From: Eledone cirrhosa
Lineage: Eukaryota
DNA: 64,000 bases
Assembly (NCBI GenBank): GCA_964016885.1
Contig: OZ024747.1
Location: forward strand, 22,878,001-22,942,000
Direction: 5' to 3'
The notes beneath the pieces are model-generated. The model was not told the DNA's origin. It did no database searches and saw only the letters and a program-made list of their open reading frames with translations. Below are positions 30,268 to 42,400 of this stretch, in pieces (within the stretch, counting starts at the first letter, position 1; every line of letters begins with the position of its first letter). The position numbers and the translations under genes were made by a program.

Positions 30268-30585
30268 TGAAGGCACGAGGCGTGGTGGTTAAGATGTTAG
30301 ACTCCCGACCGTAAGGCCGTGAGCCTGATTTCCGGGAAGGGTGGTGCATTGTTTTCTTGAGTAAGACACTTTATTTCACATTGCTTCAGTCCACTAAGCT
30401 GGCAAAAAGAAGTTGTACCTGTAATTCCAGGGGTCAGCCCTGTCACACATTGTGTCACATTGAATCTTCCTGGGAACTACGTTAAAGGTGCACGTGTTTG
30501 TGGAATGCTCTACCACTTACCATAAGCAGGTAGTTCCGTTGATAGAATCAACTGCAGCATCCGTCGTCGGAAACGACGGAGGTCC
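30268..30585 (+). mobile_element. Long tRNA-derived SINE (CORE-like central domain)
   Basis: tRNA head, CTTGAGTAAGACACTTTATTTCACATTGC core, 3' part shared with about 56515-56800 and 53920-54110. Confidence 0.75.
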
Positions 30586-30815
30586 AACTGCAACAATGCA
30601 GTTTCACTGACTGCAAATATGAAATTGCTGGCGATTAGTATCAGAACAGGTGTTGGCAATCTGCTGAAAATATCTCAGAATATGTGAAACTGGAATTGTA
30701 ATAGACACAGGAAGCTTCACACAACATCCTGTCAAACAACCACTGATACCCGAATGTATCTATCGCTTTCTTTTTTTTCTTCTTCTTCCTTTCTTTTTTG
30801 TTTTTGTTTTTGTAG

Positions 30816-30891
30816 GTGATTGATTGTTTTACTGCGTATTCTTTCAACTTGTCTATAAATATCCACGGAAAGTTGCAGAATACTGAGTGCG
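30816..30891 (+). other. Candidate host exon (76 nt)
   Basis: Long pyrimidine tract + TAG acceptor, G|GTAAAA donor, unique sequence, one open frame. Confidence 0.25.
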
Positions 30892-31280
30892 GTAAAATTC
30901 CTGACCCACCCCACCCTAACCACCCATACATACCACTAGCCAATAATATCGTTTTGTCACCTTCACCAAGATGTTTCGTTTGTTCGTGGCTAACATAATG
31001 TAATATCAACGACTCATATTCGTAGCTTACACGATGTATTATCAACAGCTCATTCTCGTGGCTAATATAGTATATTGATTTCTAATTTAGGCACAAGACC
31101 ATCAAATTTGGGGAAGGGAAAAGTTAATTAAATCAACCCCAGTACCTAACTGGTATTTTATTTTATCAATTCTCGAAGAATGAAAAGCAAAGTTGACCTC
31201 GATGGGATTTGAATTCAAAATGTTAAGAGCAAGAAGAAATACCATAAGGGCATTTCATTCCATGCTCTACCAATTCTCTT

Positions 31281-32706
31281 AATTCTTGGCTGACACAAAA
31301 TAGTATCAACAGCTCATGATCCTGGTTGAAACAAAACATTATCAACGGTTCATGTCCATGTCTTACACAATACCTTATCAACGGTTCATGTCCATGTCTT
31401 ACACAATACATTATCAACGGTTCATGTTCTTGGCTTAGACAATCCATTATCAACGGCTCATGTCCATGTATTAGATAATACACGATCAACGGCCCATGTC
31501 CATGTCTTACACAATACACGATCAACGGCTCATGTCCATGTCTTACACAATACACGATCAACGGCTCATGTTTCTGGTTTACAATATATATCATCAACGG
31601 CTCATGTTCCTGGCTTACAATATATATTATCAACGGCTCATGTTCCTGGCTTAGACAATACATTATCAACGGCTCATGTTCCTGGCTTACAACATATATT
31701 ATCAACGGCTCATGTTCCTGGCTTAGACAATACATTATCAACGGCTCATGTTCCTGGCTTACAATATATATTATCAACGGCTCATGTTCTTGGCTTAGAC
31801 AATACATTATCAACGGCTCATGTTCCTGGCTTACAACATATATTATCAACGGCTCATGTTCCTGGCTTACAACATATATTATCAACGGCTCATGTTCCTG
31901 GCTTACAACATATATTATCAACGGCTCATGTTCCTGGCTTACAACATATATTATCAACGGCTCATGTTCCTGGTTTACAATATATATTATCAACGGCTCA
32001 TGTTCCTGGCTTACAACATATATTATCAACGGCTCATGTTCCTGGCTTACAATATATATTATCAACGACTCATGTTCCTGGTTTACAACATATATTATCA
32101 ACGGCTCATGTTCCTGGTTTACAACATATATTATCAACGGCTCATGTTCCTGGCTTACAACATATATTATCAACGGCTCATGTTCCTGGCTTACAATATA
32201 TATTATCAACGGCTCATGTTCCTGGCTTACAACATATATTATCAACGGCTCATGTTCCTGGCTTACAATATATATTATCAACGGCTCATGTTCCTGGCTT
32301 ACAATATATATTATCAACGACTCATGTTCCTGGTTTACAATATATATTATCAACGGCTCATGTTCCTGGCTTACAACATATATTATCAACGGCTCATGTT
32401 CCTGGCTTACAACATATATTATCAACGGCTCATGTTCCTGGCTTACAACATATATTATCAACGGCTCATGTTCCTGGTTTACAATATATATTATCAACGG
32501 CTCATGTTCCTGGCTTACAATATATATTATCAACGACTCATGTTCCTGGCTTACAATATATATTATCAACGGCTCATGTTCCTGGCTTACAATATATATT
32601 ATCAACGGCTCATGTTCCTGGCTTACAATATATATTATCAACGACTCATGTTCCTGGTTCACAATATATATTATCAACGGCTCATGTTCCTGGCTTACAA
32701 TATATA
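31281..32706. repeat. 36-bp minisatellite, about 39 copies
   Basis: Unit TTATCAACGGCTCATGTTCCTGGCTTACAA(C/T)ATATA; older units at about 30975-31070 are cut off by a SINE (about 31075-31280). Confidence 0.95.
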
Positions 32707-33387
32707 TGAGCAGTTTGAAGATAACTGCAATGCCAAATGTATTCTATGAGAAGAATTAACCAAATTGTTACGCTCCAACGAAGGAGAATCTATGTGGTCA
32801 TTCTACCTACTAGAAATAGTAGTAATGTCTTCTTCTTCTTCTGCTTCTTCTTCTGCTTCTTCTTACTCTGGGTCTCTTGCCGGTTGGTTTTTTCCCCTTA
32901 AAATCTGTCCAGCGATTCATTCCTGGAACATTCTAACCACACAGTGACTAAAACAGTATAGCATGTTCGTAGCGAACAATATAGTTTCAACGGCTCAGGG
33001 TCAGCTGTTGAGCAGACGTCTGAACAAAAACATTCTTCAGTAATATTGTGTTTTCTTTTACTTCATATCGAAATATATCTTGGCGTCTCAACGTTCTAAT
33101 AATTAAATATACTCTTGTTGTACTGACTAATAAACGTATGGTGGTCTATATTGTGATTTACAGTGTCAAATGACAATTGAAAGGGATTGCAAGATCGGGC
33201 TGCTTATAAACTTGGAAATAAAGGTGTGAATCCAGGGGTAGAGAAACTAGGTTGAAATAAATATCGGGGAAACCAGCGAAGCATAACAATAAAGTAATTA
33301 GCAGCAATATCAGATTGAAATATTGTATCGTACAGCTATAAAGAGGATAATGGTTGTCCTTGAGAAAATGAGAGGGAAGAGTTGGCT

Positions 33388-33567
33388 GTTGGCAGTATCG
33401 GTAGAGGGTAGGATGTCATGCTTTGCAGCATAGAGTTACGTCCCTTTACGGACTGAGTTCCAATCCCGCCGAGGTTAACTTTGCCTTTCATCCTTACGAG
33501 GTCGATAAAATAAAGTACCAGTAATGTACTGGGTAATTGCTGGCCTTGTGCCAAAAGTAGAAACAAT
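33388..33567 (+). mobile_element. Short-family SINE
   Basis: Consensus match from TTGGCAGTATCGG to AGTAGAAACAATT. Confidence 0.85.
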
Positions 33568-34058
33568 TATTGTTTCTAAACGTTTGAGGGGAAGAGAACA
33601 GTCGATTAAAACGACCCTAGTATGTGACTGGTACTTGTTTTATCGACCCCGGAAGGAGGAAAAAGTATATTACTGGTACTTATTTTATCAACTTCAGGAG
33701 ATAAAAGACAAAATTATCCCAGGTGGGATTTGATATTGATAACGTAAACTACTACGTTGAAGGCTTCTTGACCACTAATTGCCGTCTTTTTGAAGAATGT
33801 AAGCATGTAGCTAGAAGTGTGAACATTCGGTTGACCTGAGAAATATTGGGAAAATTTGAATTTCAAAATGTAGTCGTCACAATTCAAATAACTATAATAA
33901 TAGTCGATCACTATAAACAGTAGTTGAGGAAATCGGTTAACGCATTCCTGGTGGAGTCGTAGGGGGCACCGTACTGACATACGGTGAGCTTGCTTGGGGA
34001 CTTAAACCTGGTGAAGTTCATCTATTTCCAGGCCTCAACACTGTTGATCTATTCTAGG

Positions 34059-34118
<60 letters not shown>

Positions 34119-34188
34119 GGGATGTAAAGAAAGAATTGATCCCAATACTAGAATGGTATTTCTTTTATCGAAGGATGAAAAGCAAAGA

Positions 34189-34281
34189 TGATCTCAGACT
34201 CTGAGATCACCCGGCTCTCTGCGCTCTCATTTCAGATCTCTCTGAGTCAGAGAGATCTGAAATGAGAGTGCAGAGAGCCGG
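34189..34281. repeat. Double hairpin: 10-bp-arm hairpin followed by 35-bp-arm hairpin
   Basis: TGATCTCAGA-C-TCTGAGATCA; arms 34211-34245 / 34247-34281. Confidence 0.8.
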
Positions 34282-34368
34282 AACGAATACCACCCTTCTC
34301 CGGTCTGAACACAGACGATTTGAGAGAGGGGGGGGGGGATAGACAGATAGATAAATATAGAGAGGGAG

Positions 34369-34428
<60 letters not shown>

Positions 34429-34473
34429 ATATTAATAAATGGAAACCATATTTATAAAACCATATTTATTTTA

Positions 34474-34528
34474 TTATACATATTTCAAGGTCAACCAAGG
34501 CAAATTATAGTGCGCTTTCATCAGATAA
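34474..34528 (-). ncRNA. Degenerate hammerhead motif in TA-flanked island
   Basis: Minus strand: TTAT-CTGATGA-AAG...CTT-GAAA-TATG-TA-TAA; stem II decayed. Confidence 0.4.
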
Positions 34529-34695
34529 AATACATATTTGTTTTATAAATAAATAAATATTGACATACCCGGAAAAAAGACAACCTTAACGGTTGGAGCT
34601 TCCTCGATAGTTTACTTCACTTTTTGTTGAGTGCTTTATATCAGTTATAAAATTTGTTAATCTTGTTGAATGGCAACAAATTAAATATAACCTCT

Positions 34696-34776
<81 letters not shown>

Positions 34777-35358
34777 ATCGACCTCCATCACTGAAATGGC
34801 ATTTATTTTGTCGACCTCGAAAAGATGAAAGGCAAAGGTGTCCCAAGCGGGATTTGAAACTAGAGCCTGAATGGATGCTGCAAATTATTCTGTCGGACGC
34901 TCTAACGACTCTGCCCTTTCGCCGCCTCACAGCTACTGTAAACTGAAAACAAAATGAGGGAGAGGAGAAGAAAGCCTAGAATTACATGGGCGGAGATAAT
35001 ATTGGTTTCTTATATAGGCACAAGGCCAGCAATTTGGGAAGAGGGGGAAGTCGATTAAATCGACTCCAGTACGTGACTGGTACTTTATTTTATCGACCCC
35101 ATGAGGATGAAAGGATGGGCGGAGATAATATTGATTTTTAGTTTAGTCACGAGGTCAGCAAATTTGGAGGAAGGACAAAGTTGATTAAATCAATTCTAGG
35201 AGTACAGAAAATAGGTTGAAATAGATATTGATTTTATCAATCTCGATAGGTTGAAAGATAAAATTGGTGTTGGTGGGATTTGAACTCAGAATGTAAAGAG
35301 CCAGAAGAAATAGCACCAATATTCTATCTGATGATCTAACGACTCTGCCAATTCGCCG
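34777..35358 (-). mobile_element. Three older short-family SINE copies or fragments
   Basis: Reverse-complement consensus matches at about 34777-34925, 35003-35112 and 35130-35358. Confidence 0.7.
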
Positions 35359-35843
35359 TCTCAAAGCTATATATAGAAGTTGAAATAGGAAATACCATTT
35401 ATTGTTTACAGTTACCACTGTACTGAAAGGGATTTCTCCACTCCTTGTCTCGCTCTCTTTCAGCAGTCATACACACATTCCCTCTCCAACAACAACACAC
35501 TCACAGACAGACATACACACACACAGACACACAGACACACACACACACACAGACACACAGACAGAAAGACACACACACAGAGACACAGACACGCACACAA
35601 ACACACACACACACATTTATTCCCTCTCCAACAACAACACACACACAGACAGACAGACACACACACACACAGACACACAGACACACAGACAGACAGAAAG
35701 ACACAGACACGCACACAAACACACACACACATTTATTCCCTCTCCAACAACAACAACACACACAGACAGACACACACACACACAGACACACAGACAGACA
35801 CACACACAGAGACACAGACGCGCACACAAACACACACACACAC

Positions 35844-35891
<48 letters not shown>

Positions 35892-35896
<5 letters not shown>

Positions 35897-36097
35897 AACG
35901 AGTAGGACCCCGACGGCTGAGCTCAAGCCGTTTCGACGGCTAGTTCTGGACTAAAATTTTAGTCCAGAATTAGCCGTCGAAACGGCTTGAGCTCAGCCGT
36001 CGGGGTCCTACTCGTTCCTATTACCCACTCTACTACCCTAAGTATTGAGTACTTTGGTGCGTTATGGTCCACCTGGTTCCTTACCACATTTCCTTCG

Positions 36098-36099
<2 letters not shown>
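35892..36099 (+). mobile_element. Palindromic element family A copy 2
   Basis: 65-bp arms 35892-36021 with no spacer (AAAA|TTTT); same tail as copy 1; a further diverged fragment lies at about 36313-36345. Confidence 0.78.
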
Positions 36100-36144
<45 letters not shown>

Positions 36145-36391
36145 CGTGTGTGCGTGTGTATCTGTGTGTGTACATGTGTGTGTGTTTGTGTTTGTGTGTG
36201 TGTGTGTGTGTGTTTGTGTCTGTGTGTGTGTGTGTCTGTGTGTGTGTGTCTGTATTTCTGTCTGTGTGTTGTTGTTGGAGAGTGAATAAATGTGTGTATG
36301 ACTGGAAAAGAGTCAGGACCCCGACGGCTGAGCTCCGGCCGTTTCTTCAGCTAGATCCGAACTAAGCTAGCAGTTATATATATTATATATA

Positions 36392-37091
36392 CTAGCAGAA
36401 AAAACCACCTTACGCGTGGTTTTCTGCGAGCATGTGTAGTGTGTATATTGATATTATACACAAATATATATGCATGTAAATATGATACATCAAATAAAAT
36501 CGTAATTGACAATATACACAGAAATTGAGCAAAGTCTATGTTACACTGTCTTTTGTATGTAATCAGTAATCCATGATATATATATATATAAAAAAAAAAG
36601 ACGACATTATAAATAAACTGCATAAGGAGAAAATTAGCGACGGAAATATATGCGATTATGTGTTATAATATAACGGCCGCTAACCGGAAGTGTTGACATT
36701 TGATAATTTTAAAGAAGTGAATTTTAAAGATTAAGTTATTTAATCAACAGCCACGAAATTTAGCACATAAATTATGTAATATTCATTCATTATTTATTCA
36801 AAGTAATAAATAATTGTGTCTACTTTAGGCACAAGGCCAGCAATTACCCAGTGCATTACTGGTACTTTATTTTATCGACCCCGTAAGGATGAAAGGCCGA
36901 GGTTGACTTTGCTTTTCATCCTTACGGGGTCGATAAAATAAAGTACCAGTAATGCACTGGGTATTTGCTGGCCTTGTGCCTAAAGTAGAAACAATTATTT
37001 ATTCAAAGTAATCCAACTTATTTTACAAACGGGGGTAAAATATATATATTCTGGACACAATCCCGCAGACCTTCCTTTATTATAGTTAAGA
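36392..37091 (-). mobile_element. Non-autonomous Helitron-like element with nested inverted SINE pair
   Basis: Minus strand starts A|TC and ends CTAG|T, with subterminal hairpin GCAGAAAA..ACCAC/GTGGT..TTTCTGC. Confidence 0.6.
36808..36995. mobile_element. Head-to-head duplicated SINE 3' halves inside one TSD
   Basis: TSD ATTATTTATTCAAAGTAAT at 36789-36807 and 36994-37012. Confidence 0.85.
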
Positions 37092-37322
37092 TTTGTTATA
37101 TATATATATATATAGACACACAGACGTCCTACCAGAAGCTTGATCTACTAGAAATACCAGCCAAATATCCCTCAAATCACACCTTATTGTCTTAAAAGGA
37201 CAAATTGGGTAATTTAGTTCTAAATATATGGAAAAGAAAAATAACAAACAAACCCAAAACCCAGAATAGTTCCTGACTGGAACACATTTGAAGCTGCTGT
37301 CTCCTCGCTGGATTAATGTTAA

Positions 37323-38773
37323 TCACCACCACCACCGACACCACCGACACCACCGACACCACCACCACCACCGAAACCACCACCACCACCACCACCACCG
37401 ACACCACCACCGACATCACCATTACCACCACCACCACCACCGACACCACCACCACCACCGACACCACCATTACCACCACCACCACCACCGACACCACCAC
37501 CGAAACCACCATTACCACCACCACCACCGACACCACCATTACCACCACCACCACCGACACCACCATTACCACCACCACCACCGACACCACCACCACCACC
37601 ACCACCGACACCACCACCACCACCACCACCGACACCACCACTACCACCACCACCACCGACACCACCATTACCACCACCACCACCGACAACCACCGAAACC
37701 ACCATTACCACCACCACCACCACCGACACCACCACCACCACCACCACCGACACCACCATTACCACCACCACCACCACCGACACCACCACCGAAACCACCA
37801 TTACCACCACCACCACCACCGACACCACCACCACCACCACCACCACCGACACCACCACCACCACCACACCGACACCACCACTACCACCACCACCACCGAC
37901 ACCACCACCGAAACCACCATTACCACCACCACCACCACCGACACCACCACCACCACCACCACCGACACCACCACTACCACCACCACCACCGACACCACCA
38001 CCACCACCGACACCACCATTACCACCACCACCACCGACACCACCACCACCACCACCACCACCATTACCACCACCACCACCGACACCACCATTACCACCAC
38101 CACCACCGACACCACCACCGACACAACCATTACCACCACCACCACCACCACCACCACCACCACCATTACCACCACCACCGACACCACCATTACCACCACC
38201 ACCACCACCACCATTACCACCACCACCACCGACACCACCATTACCACCACCACCACCGACACCACCACCGACACAACCATTACCACCACCACCACCACCA
38301 CCACCACCATTACCACCACCACCACCGACACCACCATTACCACCACCACCAGCACCACCACCACCGACACCACCATTACCACCACCACCACCACCACCAC
38401 CACCATTACCACCACCACCGACACCACCATTACCACCACCACCACCACCACCACCACCGACACCACCATTACCACCACCACCACCACCACCACCAGCACC
38501 ACCACCGACACCACCATTACCACCACCACCACCACCACCACCACCACCACCACCACCAGCACCACCAGCACCACCACCATTACCACCACCACCACCACCA
38601 CCACCACCACCAGCACCACCAGCACCACCACCATTACCACCACCACCGACACCACCATTACCACCACCACCACCACCACCACCACCATTACCACCACCAC
38701 CGACACCACCATTACCACCACCACCACCACCACCACCACCACCACCACCACCAGCACCACCACCGACACCACC
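37323..38773. repeat. (ACC)n-based compound trinucleotide satellite
   Basis: ACC runs punctuated by GAC/ATT/AGC/GAA triplets. Confidence 0.95.
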
Positions 38774-38895
<122 letters not shown>

Positions 38896-39110
38896 TTCGT
38901 TTCTGAATTTGTTTAGCAAGATTCTTTATCTGAAATCGTGTGTTGAAACCGATATTGTTATACTTTGGGAGGGCCATGTTGCCAATAAGAAACACACGCA
39001 CCAGTTGCTTTCACTTCAATTTAATTTAATATATATTTATAAATTTACAAATTTATAAATTTCTGGTTGGTTGGTTGGTTCCACAACCAGATAGTTGTTT
39101 ATATATATAT

Positions 39111-39155
39111 AGTCATAGTTCTTTCGTCACACACTCTGTGACCTCTTCAGTGACT
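39111..39155 (-). ncRNA. Minimal type I hammerhead ribozyme, 3' pLTR
   Basis: Minus strand: AGTCA-CTGAAGA-G-GTCACA-GAGTG-TGTGAC-GAAA-GAAC-TA-TGACT. Confidence 0.85.
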
Positions 39156-39443
39156 GGGGATTTCTTTCTTCGTTTCTGTGCCTTTCCTTTCTTCTATCCT
39201 ACGCCATTTTGTTTGTGTGTGGGTTGCGTGCTCAGTTTGCGCATGCGCCACATCCGGGTGTCTGTGTGTGTTTGTGTTCATTTTTCTATTTTTCTATTTA
39301 TATTTGTTTGTTTATTTATTTATTTATTGTTGGTTGGTTGTTTGTTCTATGTGTGTGTGTGTTTTCATGTGTGTGTTTTCATTTTGTGTGTGTTTTCAAT
39401 TGTAAGTTGTTTATATATGTGTGTGTGTGTTTTCATTTTGTCC

Positions 39444-42400
39444 TTAATTGTAAGTTGTGATGTTGCTGTTCCACTCATATTTTCTATTTAATTTTGGTTT
39501 TAATTCTTTTATGCTTACTGCCTCTGTAATTTGCCTAAACATTGCGTCTTTCTTGTGTGTGGATTCTATTTTTATTTCTATGCTCTCTAATTTACCCCTG
39601 TGTTCTATCTTAGCATGTTGGTAGAGCACAGATGATTCTTTACTATCTTGGAGGTCTCGCCAGTGTTCATTTATTCGTTCCCCTATACTACGAGCTGTCT
39701 CACCTATGTACACTATATTTTTGTCTCTACATTGTCCCTCAGTACATCTTATGCTATATACTACATTTCTAGTTTTACAGTTAATATGGGGGCTTATTTT
39801 ACAGGTTATACATTTCTTATCTATACATGAGGGTCTTTGGAACGGGTATGTCTTGCTAATAAGTGTTTTTACGGAGGTACCAGGTCTTTCTACTATCTTA
39901 ATATTGAGATTATGTTTCTTTAGGGCCCTTCTAAATTTGTAGGCTAGTTCACCTCTAGGGGTTGTGTTGATGAACATTACACTCTGGTATTTATTGCTAT
40001 CATACCATGAGTTTATTCTATTGGCCTTGTTCTTAGTTCTTTCTATTCTATTCCAAAATTTGCTCCTATACAAGGGGCAGGTCCCATTTATGTCATTATT
40101 TACCATTTTTTCCCATTTGGTTCTGGCTCCTTTATACACTCTGATTCTATCTCTCTGATTGTAGCCAGAGAACTGCATACGGTGGATGAAGTGTTGTATG
40201 TGTCTCTCTAGTTCTTCGGGGTTGCACATGCGGGACACATTTCTCATCACCCGTATCAAATCCGCAATCAGTATGTTGATTTTGGTATGGTCCGAAATGG
40301 CCGAGTTTCGGTGGATCAGATGTTTGGAAGTCATGGGTTTGGCATAATGGGAATGGAGGATTTGTTTTTGGTTGTTAATAGTATCTAACCAGAGCTCTGT
40401 GTCTAGTACAGGTAATCGATGGTTGGGGTGTCTACTTGGGTAGTCTATAGTAACTCTAATGCTCTGGTGGATGGAGTTTGCTATTTGCTGGATGCTTTCC
40501 ATTGTGTTTTTCTCAGGTTCCTGACTGTTCTTTAGTGGGGGTGTCTTAACTACGATGTTTATATCATCTACGTAGCGGGAGTACATTATCAGGGTTAATC
40601 TGTCTTCTAATTGTTCTTTAAGTTTTTGTTTAAGTCTACTGTCCCACCATACCATGAACAAGTTAGCTATGTCGCCTGCAATGCTAACACCAATGGCTGC
40701 TCCTTCCTCTTGGGCATATGTTTTACCATTAAATTTGAACATATGTTCCTTAAGGGTTAATTTTATGCTGGCCCCTACCGCATGTGCAATCATTTTCTTC
40801 AGTTCATCGTGGTTTTCGGGTGTCCGTATGGCTCTGGTCCACCCGTTCCATCTATCTGTGTGGGTTTTCTTGGCCATTGAGGTAATGGTAGGTGGTCTGC
40901 CTCTTGCTGGTCTTGTAGGGCACAGGTTGCTAAGGTCATAAGTGTCTAGGTAACTATTACTATGGGTAAGCTTAAGTAGAAGTCCCAGCTCACTGGTATC
41001 AATCCCACGGAACTCAACCTTGCTCTCGCTGATCATTTCGACGCATTTCTCCACAGCAAAATCCACGTCAATAGATGGATACAGGGACACAACATCCATA
41101 CTGCCTATTATGCAGTTTGTTAGGTCCCCAGATCGGTTACCCGCGTCGATTCTGCTGAGGAGGTCCTCCGTGCTGTCACACACATCTGGGGACATCTCAA
41201 TGATGGGGCGTATGATCAGGGAGAGGAAGTAGGACAGTCTGTAGTTACTAGCAATGTTAGCCCCACAGACTGGCCGTGTTGGTGGTCCCGCGACAGGGTC
41301 CCAGCCCGTTTTATGGTCTTTTCGAAGCCCATACAACGCCGGCACGTCATTGTTCCAGGCCTGGAAGTTGTTGGCAGTCCTTTTGTTGGGCTGCATTATA
41401 TTTGTCCACATCACCATATGGGCATTGAGGGTTTTTTCTCTGTCCTCATGCTCCTGTGGTGTTACCTCTCTTGTGTTAGTGATGTGGGGTTGCATTGCCT
41501 GGATGTAGTTTGGCAGGCTGTCAACCGACATTCTGCCGGACTTGTCTGTTGGAAAGCATGCTATCTCTCCATTACGCGAGCGCTGCATGAGCTTACGCAA
41601 GCCATTTGCAGATTCTTCTCCCAGTTGCTGGGCCTCTATTCTATTATGCTTCTTGCTATACTGTTCTATAATATTTCTAAGTTCGGATTTAGCTATACTA
41701 AATTGTGCTTCTGTTTGTTCATCGACCTGCGACGGCAACTGCGTGCGTTTGTTAAATGGCAAAGTCGTGGCGTGGACACGTCGTAGGTCGAATGATTTAT
41801 CGGAGGGGTTATAAAACGGAGAGTTCCAGGCTGCTGCTTTATGTGTACTTGCGCTATTGTTAGTTGTGTTGTTTCTATTTCCACCAACAGCAGCAGCCTC
41901 AGCTTCATGGTTGTTTCTATGTCTCTCATAATTACTCCTATCTCTTTCCACTGGCTCAATGTTGTTATCTACCCTATTTTGTGTGTCTGTGTGTTCGTCT
42001 TGGTTATTCTCTTTGTCCTTAGTCTCCCTACTCCTTTTAATCCTATTACTTTCTCTTATTTCTCTGATTTCTGTGCTACTGTCATTACTTGTTTTCTGTG
42101 TCTGTGTGTTTGTTAAGATTGTAGTGGTGGTGAGAGGCATTGAATGTGTGTGTGTTGTTGTTGTTGATGTGTGTTGTTGTTGATGTGTGTTGTTGTCTCC
42201 GTGTGTGTGTGTGTTATCGTTGTTGTGTGTGTTGTTATTGTTGTTTGTGTTTGCGTGTCTGTTGTTGTTGTATCTGGGTATGTTGCTGTTGTTGTTGTTG
42301 TTGATGTGTGTGTTGTTGTTATTGTTGTCTCCGTGTGTGTTGTTATTGTTGTTTGTGTCTGCGTGTCTGTTGTCTCCGTGTGTGTGTGTGTTATCGTTGT

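Noticed and set aside
29413-32706. CRISPR-like arrays
   Set aside because: The repeats are head-to-tail with no unique spacers, and the context is eukaryotic.
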